Positions 40,280 to 53,488 of a DNA stretch of 62,807 nt are shown here, piece by piece. Under the pieces are notes generated by a model that searched no databases, was not told the origin of the DNA, and was given only the letters and a program-made list of their open reading frames with translations. Each line of letters begins with the position of its first letter. The stretch's first letter is position 1. Origin of the DNA: Rhina ancylostomus (lineage: Eukaryota); contig JARFYF010000046.1 of NCBI GenBank assembly GCA_030265395.1, positions 23,136,391 to 23,199,197 of the forward strand, read 5' to 3'. A program made the position numbers and the translations under genes.

Positions 40280-40845
40280 TCTGATATGACTACTGATCAA
40301 CACCATATTGGCAATGTTGGGACCCAAAGCAATATATTAGCAGCATGAACCATATTACTAGTGTACAAATACACAAAATGTCATACCACAAAATTTCAAA
40401 GTCACATCACACATCATGAGGAAGATACAAATTTAAACAAGGACAATTACCCAACAGCTGGAATGGTGGTGTATTGAGCACAGCCTCTTCACATACTCTG
40501 GCAATTCACCATGTCATGATATTACATTACATTCATATGACTGGGTTCTGAGACAAATCAACATTGCAAATATCTGAATCTTGTATTTAAAGCTAGTTAT
40601 TAGCAGAATAATGGATTTAGATATACTAAGATTGTACAATAGACTTTAGTGTCAATGGGTCAATATACTCAGATCTTGAGTATACAATAAATACCCTTCA
40701 CAATAATGCAACTTCTTCAGTGGCACCAAGGTGTCACATTTATAAATTCTGTCCATTATCAGTGCTTATAGGCTTCTGAAATAAACAAGGAAAATTAAAC
40801 ACACAACTGCTGAGATCTTCTGCCAGACTTAGGTCATCAAATTGC

Positions 40846-40920
40846 TTAATTCTTCAAAATTATTTCATATGCCTGGAAAACATGTTGGGTTACGCCTGGG
40901 GCTCTGCACTTCAGCGATAA
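40846..40920 (-). CDS. AP1B1: AP-1 beta-1 terminal coding exon
   Basis: Encodes LSLKCRAPGVTQHVFQAYEIILKN then TAA (40846-40848). CAG acceptor at 40921-40923. Confidence 0.96.
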   Translation of the reverse strand, partial: LSLKCRAPGVTQHVFQAYEIILKN

Positions 40921-42602
40921 CTGCAACAAAGACAAAGCCAATAACAACAGCGTAAGGCAGATGCTTTATATTGTAATAAAAGAAAGACATATAAAGCTTC
41001 TCAGGACATTAGGGTGCCCCAAATATGTTATGTTGCACAAACATCTCATGTCTGAAGATTATACATTGGTATAATGGAGTACAGCCATTTTGGTGAGGAC
41101 ATCACATTTCAATGTGCATCATTTTAATGAAAATACAGCCAATTATTGCCATATATGTTATACCTAATAAATTTATTTACCATGAACCTAATATTCAAGA
41201 ACATATTTAGACTTTACCATTCCATCTGTTCAAGAAAAAACACAATTGCCACTTTGTGAACTTCACATTGATCAAATTAGCAGAGCACTGCACAGGAAAT
41301 CACTGGCTGGCCATATCCTGCTCATTCATAGAAGCAGACAAGTACAAAAATAGCAAGTAATGAAACGGCCTCTTCAAACACAGGGCTCAATTGAATAGCA
41401 ATGAAGGCAAAAACCACTCTATTTCATTAAACTGTATGAATAATCCAATTTGTAATCAGTAAAGGTCATGGACACAGGTTCACAGAAGCAATACACTTTG
41501 CAGGACATTTGTGAAAGGCATTGCCTGTGGTGTAACATACCCTTTTAAGGGATGAAGCAAATGCTCTATTTACACATTATAGAAATCCATTGGAGGAAGC
41601 AATAAATGCCTGACATCACCCTCTAGACTTCACACAATAAATGTAACAGAGTGGTTTTTAAATTAGCAAGCAGAAGAGACATGTAAGCTGAAAATAAATA
41701 AGTTTATGAATAAAATGTTCATCCCCATATATACACATACTGTACAAGACACTGCAGGATAAGTACTATGGGTATTTTATAATGGCTCTGGTGCTTTATT
41801 GGTACAAACATTTATATACATTCATACTTTACCTGATAGGTTCTGAATTACAATTACATAAAACTGCTCTGTATACATATTTAGCAACAAGGTATTCAAC
41901 ACGTTACTGACTCAAGGAGTATTTTATAGTCTGTTCTTAATGCTGATATAATGATGCTGTTAACACACAAGAAATTCAGTTGTTCTCTTGAGATTGAATT
42001 TTCCCCTCTCCAGAATTAATTGTTAACTGCTGAGAGCAAAATATGTTGCATAAAAACAGGGCATAGCACCAGTTTGGGCAAAAATAAATCATCTATTGTG
42101 TTTGATAATAATGGAATTGTACTTGAAAAGTTACTAATTTACTATATCTACACCCTTCATTACTCCTGTTCAAATTTCAACTAAACAAAATTTTCAATTT
42201 ATCATGGCTAGTGATTTTAATGAGAATCACAAACCAGAGAGCAAAATTCTTACTGGAAATACATTTTAAATTATGTTTAATTCACAGGCTCTTGCAAGTA
42301 ACGACTGAAGATTCGTAATATTCCTAATTTCTCTTATGCTGGGAATCAATAATAGAAAATAATTTTAACATGTAAATTAAATCAAAGCCTGAGTTTATGA
42401 TTTAAAGTTCAAACCAACAATTTACTTGGGAAGTTGATAATGAAAGATTGGTCTGGTCATGAGATTGTGGGTCAGTGACTACAAAAACAAGCTCCAGAAA
42501 AAGCTAGCCAGCAAAGCATATCAACAAAGACACTGCATAAGCATAGGGCAAAGAATGGAAGTGGCAAGTTTGCAACTGACTAAAATTAAATGAATTGCTA
42601 AC

Positions 42603-42611
42603 CTCCAAATC
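42603..42611 (-). CDS. AP1B1: AP-1 beta-1 9-nt microexon (DLE)
   Basis: cag|GAT TTG GAG|gttagc. Same peptide and position as the human AP1B1 DLE cassette (recalled); UGCAUG upstream at 42643-42648. Confidence 0.82.
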
Positions 42612-43335
42612 CTGACCGGTAGGACAAAACCATCACGGTAGGCATGCAACAAAGGAAAAAAAACATAACTATAAAATACTACAGCTTTACCCCAACAGAA
42701 ATATAAAAATCTAATCTTGAATTATATATAGAAATGGCATGTAGGGATATAATGCTGCAAAACATTAACACACACATAGGGAAGACTACACAATGACACT
42801 TATTAGTTAAGGCAACAGAGAACCCAAACAGTTAAATTACATCATTACAATACTAAATATAATACTTAAAGCAATTAAGCTCACATCTAAACAAAACACA
42901 ATTTAAAAGTACAGTAAGTTGTAAACCTGAAACCTCCACCATATACGACAAACATAAAACTTAGAAATGGAACATCATTCTGAATATTGTGCAAAATCTA
43001 TTAACAGGAAACATTTATCATCTTGATTTTATTTCAGTAATATACAAGAAATGTTCAAGGGACTGTTGTAACGTTGCCAATAAGGACAGGTTGATAAGGA
43101 GTTTCGCAAATTTATACTGGCTTGTTAAATGAATGCTAACAATAGTGGTATCTGAAGTGCAATAGAAGTATATCCACACACAAAATGCCATTAAAGGAAA
43201 AACACACATTACCATCTCTTTCCATGCCCCATAATACTAAAATACAACAAGATACAAATTTCAAATATCAAAGTAAAACTTCTGAAGGCATAAATGGAGA
43301 CAATAAAAAGAGACGTTAAGCTGTTCAACACTTAC

Positions 43336-43490
43336 CGTGTAATTAGGATTGCCAGGTTGGATCCTTAGCTCTGCTAAAACCCAGATTCCATTGCTCAGTT
43401 TTAGGGACTGATATAACATATCTTGCCCTTCAACATTCCTCTTTGCAACAGTAAATATATTATTGTTAAAGAGTTTATCAGTGACAGCAT
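43336..43490 (-). CDS. AP1B1: AP-1 beta-1 appendage exon (155 bp)
   Basis: Encodes (D)AVTDKLFNNNIFTVAKRNVEGQDMLYQSLKLSNGIWVLAELRIQPGNPNYT. CAG acceptor, GTAAGT donor. Confidence 0.96.
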
Positions 43491-45524
43491 CTGTAATGTA
43501 AGAAAAATATTTAGTATATTTTTAGTCAAATCAGTACAAACACTAGGACATACAAGTACAGCTTCTACAGAGAATATGGAAGATGCACCTCAAGCCAGCA
43601 AAGTTTCTGCACAGTTCTTAGCAATCAATTTCACAGAATGAACACATGATATTGGCATGCTCCCCTACTTAATGCGGTTTGAGACTAAAACACAAAGTTC
43701 AAAGTGGAATACAATTAAATAAAATTCAAAAATTAAATCTATAAATACGATATTCTGTTAAATTTGATTCTAGATTATACTGATCCACTACAAATGTTTT
43801 TGATGACTCTGAAAACTAAATTATTTGACAAGTTAAGCTTCAAATAGCTAAGTTAAATCCTCCGCAGGCTAATATATCCATTTATTTGCTAAGATGGAAT
43901 AATATTTACAATGCTTTGTACAAAATAAGGTTATACCTGTTTCATCCAAACCCCACGTAATCTATCCCAAATCAAACAATAACATTACTTATTAAATGGT
44001 AACAGCTTGAAGCCACCAGAAATTTAGTGTTAATAATTTAAAACAATTCATAAACTGTTGATATGGTAATCAGGCCTCCATATACATTCATTTTAATTGT
44101 ATTGTGTTTTACATCTCTATAATACCCATGCATTACAAAGATATCATAGAAAGCCATCTTCTAACATCATTGATTAGAATAACTTTTATTTTGAATAACA
44201 AATTATTATTCAGGCACTTTAAAGGCAGTGAACAGGGAGGGTGTGATGCTTTTTATACAGACCAAGTAATAAAAATCAGGTAATTATATCAAATCCCTTG
44301 ATAATATTTGATCCAGCATCATTCAAGTTCCAACACAGAAAGAGTGAAATAGCTGAATATGTAATCCAAGTAGATTTCAGAAGGAGACTGTTTCAGCATG
44401 AAAGCAAATCAGTCAAGTTTGAACATTTATTAAGTGGTTACCAAACTCTGTTTCATTTGCTGCTTCACAAAGATCTTTTACAAATTAAGGTCAAGGGCTT
44501 TAAACACCCAAGTCAAAGAGCTTTCAAGGATGAACGTAATGGACAAATAGAATAGACAAGATGGCACATACTGTTGAAGATCAAAGGAAGTGTGATTTCT
44601 GCAGCACAAATGAGTCAGTTCAGGAATACAATCTGCTTGAATACCGAATTCAACTACAATATTGATGGGACCCAGGAGTTTCTTCGATTAAATTAAGGAA
44701 AGGAACTTAGTTGCATATCATCTCCCAGAACATAAAAAGAATTGCCACATTTCTTTGTGCTGCACCAGACTTGGTAAACTGTCAAAACAGACATTGCCAT
44801 ACATGTTAATTGACTTTAAATGCTGTCATTTGAAAAGTTTTTAGAGATAGAACAGAAGCAGACCTTGCAAAGTCTTCCTCACAAACATCTGGGGACAAGT
44901 GTCTAAATAAGGGCTGCTGACTGACACTCTAAGCGAGCAACAATTTGACAGTCACAGAATTATACCCTACAGTCAACGTGCCAGACTCCTTCATCAAAAT
45001 TACTATGCATGCCCTGACCCACCTGCAGGACAGACCCACTATAGACAGCAGGTGATACANNNNNNNNNNTGGAGTCCTCAATATTGACCTCCGAGTCAAT
45101 GAAGCCTCATGACATCACACCAAACATGGAAAAGGGAATCTGAATAGCAGTGAACATAGCAAGGGGTAAGAATATAACCTGGCTGGGGACCTTCAGATCT
45201 CAGCATCTGGAATAGTTTGGCGGCAGCACCACCACTGACAGCGCTGGCTGGGTTGTCCAGGACAGGTAATGAGTGAACTAACAAAACGGATAAAGCTGCT
45301 TGAGCTTATCTTCACCATTCTACTTGTGGCAGATTCATCTGCCCACAATAGCAATGGTAGAAGTGAAGACTGCACAGTCCTTGTGGAGACTCTCCATTGT
45401 GTTGCCTGGCATTACAATTGTGGTAAATAAGAACAGATCTGGCAGATCAAAACTGTAGGTTCAATTGGCATGTGGACTGTCAACAAGCAGGTGAACAGTA
45501 CACCATCACAGCCTCTGAGCTCAG

Positions 45525-45700
45525 GGTGCTCCTGTTTCCTCCCATGCTCCAAAGACGTACAGGTTAGGAAGTTGTAGGCATGCTACATTAGTGCTGGAAG
45601 TGTGGCGACCCTTGTGGGCGGCCCCCAGCACATTCTTAGACTATGTTGGTTGTTTATGCAAAAAGACACATTTCACTGTGTTTCAATGTGACAAATAAAT
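45525..45700 (+). mobile_element. V-SINE/HE1-like SINE 3' half
   Basis: gggtgctcctgtttcctccca...ccaaagacgtacaggttagg...catttcactgtg...gtgacaaataaa. Confidence 0.7.
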
Positions 45701-46433
45701 TCACAATAACTCCATTGGATCTCCATTGGATCAACTGAAGCAAAACTGTAACATAATATTCACTATTCACGTGCATAATAGTCAGATATCCAGGAGGATC
45801 TTGGAAAAATGGTTCTGACAAGAACATCCGCTCAGTTCAATCTCATGGCAGATTGCTCCCTGTAAACCAATGAAGTCATAAACACAAAAGACAATGACAG
45901 ACAAAGATGATCATGCATCCCAATTGCAATTTATCCCATAAAGTAAGGGAACCCTCTACTCTATCCCCACCTTAACCACATCTAGGGAGATGCACAAAAA
46001 CAAAAGAATTCCTGTAGTACTTCAGGCATGACAGAATTTTTATAACTACAGGAGGTTAATCAATAATATAATTAAAGTATAAAGTAAGAGTATAAGTAGT
46101 ATGAAAATGGCATGCTCATTTATGACAGTGAACTGACTTTTACATATTTCTAGCAATAAAATGGAGGTTCAAAATCTACTGCATCCCTAAGAGTTTCTGG
46201 GAAATTTTGTTATATGCTGAGTTCCTGAGCAGTAGACACACTAGTTGTCCCATAGTAATGAGTTAACACAGTGGATATTGTGCAAACCAACAGTGACACA
46301 TAAATATTCTAAATATGTTGATTCCATTTTGAAGACAAGTCACCTAATTTGTAAGAATTTAAACTTACTTTAAACAAATTCGAAATGACAAGTCTGAATT
46401 AACACAATTACCAAAATAACTCAAATGTTTCAC

Positions 46434-46520
46434 CTGCATTAAGGTGACAGTCTTTGATTTGAAATTGTACTTCATTTTCATTTGGAATGTCCTTCCACGT
46501 TGCCAAAAATATCTGTCGAT
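46434..46520 (-). CDS. AP1B1: AP-1 beta-1 appendage exon (87 bp)
   Basis: Encodes (D)RQIFLATWKDIPNENEVQFQIKDCHLNA. CAG acceptor after poly-T, GTGAAA donor. Confidence 0.96.
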
Positions 46521-48497
46521 CTGCAAAAAAAAAGTGCCTCAGATTGTACAGGTCTTGGCTTTGGATCTAAAATTAAATCAGGCAATCTACTTGCTCCTTT
46601 TCCTTACAATCAAGCACAAAACTCAATCTGAAGACATTTGTCAACCAGAGTTTAGGAAAATTTTATGCTAGGTTGCTTAGGAAGTATCTTAGCTACAGAT
46701 ATCCAGGGTGGAATGTGCTCACTGGGTAGCATTCTTGCCTTTGAGAACACTGGATTCAAATCTTACTCTAGAGACTTTAGCATAAGAATTTAAACTGTTA
46801 GCTCAGTAAGGAGATGCTAAATTGAAGATTAAATCCTATCTGTCCTCTTGCAGTAACAGTAAAGGTCATTTAGCAGTAACATGCCCAAGCAAAAAGAGAA
46901 ATGTAGATTTGCTTTAATGCCTTTCCTGCTGCCACATTTTACATTTGGTATATGAAGATTGGGTGTTTTGGTGCTTTGATATCCATGGACCATTCTTCAG
47001 CAAAAAGTGATGCTTCCAGAGATTAAATGAGAAAGTGTCAAGTAGGTGAAAGAATGTATGTGACATTAACTGGCTCCAGCTAGTTACTGCTGTGTTGTCA
47101 ATCAAAATTTAATACCCTAGAGATACTGAAGGACCATCCACACTCGGTCATTTGTGTTAATGACTGTCCAGAAGGCCCCATCTGCCCACATGTTAATTTA
47201 GGTGTAAAGCACCAAAAAAAGGAGAAATTATTTGAAAACTGCAAGCAAACATTTCACTAAGAACTTATGTTGTATATCTCCAGAAGGGATATTAGTTGAC
47301 ATTATGTCCTAGAGCCTTAGATGGTCACTTGGGAAAGAAGATGTCAATCCATTTTCAATCACTAAACTTCTCAACACGTCTATATTTAGACATGTGAAAT
47401 ATATAATGCAGAACAGATTTACTGGAATTTGAAATTTCACCAGTACACTTTGCTATTTTGAAAATGGTTCAAATGTTTGGCAGTGTACATAAGTAGATGG
47501 AGTACCTATTAGAACTAATCCACAAGGAATGCCTTAAAAATATACATTGTTCACTATTCCACCAACTGTTTGACATGTTTTTGAATTTTATGCTAACAGC
47601 CAATATCTATTGAACCACAAGAATGACAGTATAGTCACTAAAGTGACCTGCTTGAGTCCATAGAGAACCAGAATCCCTCCCAGGTAAGAATGATTACAAG
47701 GAAAGATCAACTTAGTTATGGTTAAAACCAGAGACTGGCACAAATTCAGTTTACCTTTATTATCTATTTTGAGAATATCTATTTATACTGGTCAGTGAGT
47801 CAGCAATTGAAAGTCATAAGTTTAAAACAAATTAGAGATTAGAAGAACTTTTTTCCCCAAATTGGGGGACTGTTAGAATATGAAGTGGTGGAAGCAGAAT
47901 ATGCAATAGCTTTTAAAGGAAAAGAGAAACATTTTGTTAAAAAAAATTAATAGGGTATAGGTAAAGGGCAGGGAAAATCAAATCCTATGGAAAGATATTT
48001 CAGACTGTCCAATGGACAGAAATTTTTTTCTTCTGTTAAGTACAATTTACTGATTCCAACATTGAATTAAAACTCACAATCCATTAAACAGATAGAGAAT
48101 TTATCATTAATAAATTTACAAAAATATTAAAAAATACAAGGCAAAAATGCATGGAATGTTTTTTTCTGAGTACAGAATGCAGATGATGAATAATAGTTAA
48201 ATATAATACAAGGTCTGTTTTAATCTTGCATCAATTTGCAACAAAAAATAGGATATACTTTAATAATTGTACAGGAAATGTGTGAGAGTTCAGAACTCAT
48301 TCTATTCCTGTCTGCTCACTTATTCGGATTCACTGTGGAGAAGTGGAGTGCATTCTATCCCAAGTCATCTATTTTTATCCTTATCTTTGGAGGATGGTTA
48401 TATACATCATTGTTTTATACAAGTCATTTGTCTAATTCAAGTCATTAGAACCTTAGTTCAATCATTCCAGGTAAATGCACCAAGAATATTATCTTAC

Positions 48498-48582
48498 CCA
48501 GTTTTCCTTCTTCCAGAAACAAGATATTAATTGGGTACAGGCAACTGAAGTAGAAGACATCAATATTATTTTTCACTGCAAC
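48498..48582 (-). CDS. AP1B1: AP-1 beta-1 appendage exon (85 bp)
   Basis: Encodes VAVKNNIDVFYFSCLYPINILFLEEGKL. CAG acceptor, GTAAGA donor. Confidence 0.96.
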
Positions 48583-50476
48583 CTGCTCACAAAAGAAAAA
48601 AATAGAATTAGTTTTAGCTCTTTGCATTTAAAAATATTTGCATTTAAAAATAAGAAAAAACTATGATTCTTGCTCATACTTTCATGCAAATGGCACCGCA
48701 TTTCAAGGAGAGGATATCCAAAAGTTGATGTTTCTGTGTACTAATCTGCCATTAACCTTGCAAAACAGTACCTCACTGCTAACCCCATTCTTGAGAAGCA
48801 TCTAATGCCACAAAATCACATCTATATGGAGAGATACAAACTGAGCACGCAAAGAGAAGTTGGACCTTGCCAAGTACAAGTACTCTTTCAATGAAATGAA
48901 ACATCAATTATTGACATTCAATCTTTCTGATGCTGAAAATTCACCTGGGAATGTAATTACTTCCAGAATTTATTGTATTATTGGAATTGTTAAAGGTGGT
49001 TGACCTTTTTTTTATATATACATCTTTGTTTTTGGACTCTTGTTCCATCTTATTTTCCCTCTGTTTCATGTTCTGCACCAAATTTAACATTGAATTCACC
49101 ATCTTAGTCTTTGGGCTGTTCACTTCCCATTTCTCCAACTTTCCTAGCCGAGATGTTGGTAGTTCTCGTTTCAGCAGCCAACCATACCAACAATTTAAAA
49201 ATCTAATTCTGCAAGGAGAAGACCAAATAATGTCAAAGGGCATTGCATCTTCTACTTTAGCAAACTCAGGTCAATATCAACCTCTTGGGAAGAGTGTCTA
49301 GGCCTTTTCTTGCCTTTCACTTAATTTGTACCTAGGAGAATAAAGGTACGAGTTCACCAAGACCTGCAGCAAAGCCTTCAGTAATTTCATCAAAATGTAG
49401 AATGTTTGAAGTTTATAAATTGCTTACAGAAATATCTCTGTACAAAGCCTGCTATTAAAAAATACTCTATAAGAGGTCCTCACCGAGCAAGACTTGTCAC
49501 AAATTTCATACCCTATCTGAAGGATTCAGAACTGACCAGGCAGTTTCTTTTTTAAAAACAAGGACAGAGCACAAAAAAAACCAAAAAAAAAAATCAGGAT
49601 ATCATGCTACTCTCTCTGTGCTCCTCACAGAAACTTAATCATGTAGATAAGCAGGTTCCTGTTGAATATTTTTGCAAGGTGGCAATTATATAGAGTGGGA
49701 CTGAAGTCTTGTAATTCAGTGATTCGGATAAAACACTAAGTTGCAGGTAGAAGTTTATAACTAATTCTCAATTATGGCAAAAGCAATATGTTTAATGTTG
49801 AAAGATACGACTTCACCATAAAGTTGGCTGCTGGCCACCAGCTGCAATGCTGGCATGTAGATTAAATTTAATTTGTTTGTAGTGCTTTCAAAACTTCACA
49901 AAATCAAATAGCAATCTAGTAAAATCATCCTTTTTCATCCAGTATTCATCTCCTGAAAAGTACTCGTGTACCTAAATGTTTGCCATCTCAAAGATACAAT
50001 TTATAACTGTATTTTACCCTTTTCCTCAAAATTAATCCTTTTTAGGAACATTTTATAAGTGAATAAAATTAATGGAGTTGCATAACTAATTAGAATGAGA
50101 CTCAAAGGCCAATTTCACAAACAAGAAAATATGCTGGAAATACTCAAGTCAGGCAGCATCTGTGGAAAGAGAAACAGTTAACATTTCAAGTCAGAAATGA
50201 ACTCCACACTAAGTGCCTAACTAACTGCCCCCATGCCACACAAAAGAAAATTCCTTAAAAGCTTAACTTTTTTTCTTGGCAAAATTATTTCATTCAAATT
50301 GTTTTACTTGCATTAGTGTAATATTTATTCAATGTTTACTTATTATGCATCAAAGATGAGGTTTCGCCTAATTTTTCTATCCTCTTCCATTCTTACTGAA
50401 GTAATGTAGTTTGGGAAGGAAAGGGAATTGTAATAACCTGGAGTGAGCAAAAAGTTAGCTAAAATTCAGTTCAGAC

Positions 50477-50606
50477 CTGTAGGTTAGTGAGCGGATCCAT
50501 CTTCATAACTGGACCAACTGTTTGCAAAAGGAGAGAAGCCTCGATTGTCTGATTGGGAGTAAGTGGTGCATTGACCTGCAGGGGAGCAGCTGGTATCATT
50601 CCAAAG
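50477..50606 (-). CDS. AP1B1: AP-1 beta-1 appendage exon (130 bp)
   Basis: Encodes FGMIPAAPLQVNAPLTPNQTIEASLLLQTVGPVMKMDPLTNLQ. TAG acceptor, GTCTGA donor. Confidence 0.95.
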
Positions 50607-51566
50607 CTATAAACCAGAGGAAAAATATAAGGTTAAAACATCTGTAGTTCACCGTGTCCTTCATGAAAATAAGTACCATCTTCTAGCCATCAAGGATTTT
50701 GTTCAGGCCCTGGTTTATGCTAAAATACATAGCTTCACCACTCCCAGCTAAACAAGGGCATGCATGGCCACTATTCAGCTCATTACATCTACATTAAATC
50801 AAAAAAGAATTCTCCAGTCCAATCCAGGTGTTCATTTCTTGGTCTACAGCCTATATGTTACACCACATCAAGTATTTATCCAATTGCAATTTTAAATGCA
50901 TTAAAGATTTCTAGATCCACTGGTGTTTCTTGCAGCAAGTTACAGATCCCCACCAACCTCTGGGCAGAAAGAAATTCTTGTATCTCCAAATCAGAGTGTA
51001 TTTTCTTAAATCCATGCTGACTGCCCCCAATTAATCAATGTTTCATATTGTTAAGCAGAATCTTTTCCCAATACTTTGCCCACTATTAGCATTTTGCCTG
51101 TAATCATCCAGTAGACCACTTCATCTGTTTTTAAAACAATGAAACCATATTAGCAGTCTTCTAATCTTAAGACATTATATCTATGGATTGGAAAAAGCCA
51201 TGTTAAAATTGTATATTATTTTAAGGCCCCACACTTACATAAACCTATGGGGCTACCGCTTGCTTAAGATGGGATATATCAGCCACCTACAGAATGCTGC
51301 AGATTAAAACTGCAAATGAATATGATCAAAACATTCACTGAAATATTAATAAGTTGTGTAGACATATGGAAGCACAGAATATCAGCACATAGGAGACCAT
51401 TCAGCTCACCCCACTTTCCAGCACTTTTCCCATATCTCAGCAATTTCCCCATTTCCCTTTTAAAAGTTGTTTTGATTCATGCTCATTCATTCTCAAGTTT
51501 AATGTTCCACATTTTTTGTTTGCTTGAGCTCCTCTTTACTTTTAAATAAATTGCAAAAAAAAGTTG

Positions 51567-51646
51567 GCAGTCTCTTCAGTCAACTTCTTAGAGATTTGAA
51601 ATATCATATAATTGTCATCTATGGATGAATCATCATCAGAGACTGC
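51567..51646 (-). ncRNA. SNORD125: Box C/D snoRNA, SNORD125 orthologue
   Basis: Perfect 9-bp terminal stem GCAGTCTCT/AGAGACTGC, C box ATGATGA (51630-51636), D box CTGA (51576-51579), D'/C'-like ATGA/ATGATAT. The guide CTCTAAGAAGTTG is complementary to the conserved 18S rRNA segment CAACTTCTTAGAG. It is intronic and sense to AP1B1, the host gene of human SNORD125. Confidence 0.9.
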
Positions 51647-51984
51647 TGAAAATGCATTCAGGTTTGCAATCAGCCCAAACTAAAACAGAACTTTAAAAAA
51701 AACCTGCAGATGCTGGAAATCTGAAATAAAAACAGCAAGTACTTTTTAAATGCAGGTCAAGCAGCATCTGTGAAAAAGACAAATGGATCTAACATTTCAG
51801 GTTGAAAACCCACTGTCAGAACTGAAGTGTTATCTCCATTTTGCTTTCCACAAACTGAAATTACTCATTGTACCAGCCATTTTAAAATGATGAATAATAT
51901 TATTAAAAGTAACTTAGGGTCAACATTAATCCTTTTATCAGAGTATCATTCTGGAGAATGTGTCTTTTTTTAAAATTTACTTGT

Positions 51985-52320
51985 ATATGGAATGTGGATG
52001 TTCCTGGAAATGCTGACACTTAATTTCCATCCCTAATTGCCCCTGAACTGCATCCAAAGTGATAACCACATTAGTGGGCCTGGGATCACAAAGGCCATAC
52101 TGGATAAGGATGGCAGATTTCCTTCCCTGAAGGACATTGGTGAAGTAGATGAGCTTTTATCACAGTCTGGTGGTTTCATGATTATTATTGCTATGACTAG
52201 ATTTTTTTTTAAATCCCAGGTTTATTTAATTACTTGAACTTAAATTTCCCATCTACCATCATGGGAATCAAACTCATTTCTCTGGATCAGTGACCCAGAA
52301 ATCTGGCTGCTAATGCACCC
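51985..52320 (-). mobile_element. tRNA-head SINE-like repeat
   Basis: ccatccctaattgcccctgaactg...ggcagatttccttccctgaaggacattggtgaa..., homologous to 55495-55830. Confidence 0.65.
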
Positions 52321-53117
52321 TTACCAAGGCTAAAATATCTAGAGGTGTTATGCCCAAAAGCAAACACAGCAGTTTAGGTGCAGTCTAACAAACTATACAG
52401 TTATAACCCCTTATTAACAACACTCTGTGGCTGCTAATGGACTTCCAAGGAATTAATTATACGTTCTATGTGATAATAATCTGCAAATTCTGGCACATCT
52501 CCCTCTGGGCCATATCCAAATTATTGATACACAGTGAATAACTAAGTTTTTTGGAATACCTATTACCAACTATTCTTAAACTGGCCTAGAGAGCAAAGTT
52601 GAATTTTAAAAGGTAATAAACTGTTATTAATTTTAAGATGTTAGTTGTAAAAAGGGACAATACTTCCAAATAGATTCAACTTAATACCCAAAACATGGAA
52701 TATTTAAAAAAATATACCTCATCATATAACATATTCCATTATTTCACTAACTACAAATCAAACTGAGCTGGTGGATACTTCAGTTTCCTATAAACATCAA
52801 GTTCATTTCAGAACAGGACAACTAACTAAACATTTTCCAATACCTAGAATTTATTTGCATACTACTTTTACACATTACAAAATGAGGCAATTTGACTCAA
52901 TGTACTTACATCAACTTCTTACTCGCTTCTCATTCCCTCTAGAAAATGCGAGATTACCACAAAGCAGTTTAAGAACTAGTGAAATCTGAAGATAGGACTT
53001 AAATATGATTTTTTAAAAAAAAGGTGTAGTGAGTAAAAGGATTTAATGCAATCCTAAGGTAAAGGCCTGCCAGATACAAAAAATATTGCTTTAAGCCCAG
53101 CCAAATACAATTCTCAC

Positions 53118-53263
53118 CTATTTTTGTTAAACTGGATTGCAAAGTCAGTCATTACTTGCATGGCTTTGTTCATCAGGGAGAGATCCATATAGATATGACC
53201 CATGCGACGTGAAAATGTTCCAGAAATCTCAAGACCTTTGGCCTTTGCAGCAGGCAACCAAAC
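53118..53263 (-). CDS. AP1B1: AP-1 beta-1 appendage exon (146 bp)
   Basis: Encodes VWLPAAKAKGLEISGTFSRRMGHIYMDLSLMNKAMQVMTDFAIQFNKN. TAG acceptor, GTGAGA donor. Confidence 0.96.
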
Positions 53264-53488
53264 CTAATGCAACAAAGATAATTTAATTAGTTAGTATGGT
53301 CAGATGATGACATTTCTGGACACTAACAAGAAAAATAAAAATTGTATTTTCAAATAAATCTTAAATTGCGTGAAGTAACTCAAATACCAAAACGTGAAAA
53401 AATGATATGCATTGTATTCTGAATTGGAAAAGGCTCAAATAAAATTACTTCTGCAACAAATCATTAAATATATTTCTTTTAAATCAGA

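Noticed and set aside
45223-45246. REST/RE1-like motif (gcagcaccaccactgacagcgct)
   Set aside because: Half-site spacing and bases deviate from consensus, and there is no independent support.
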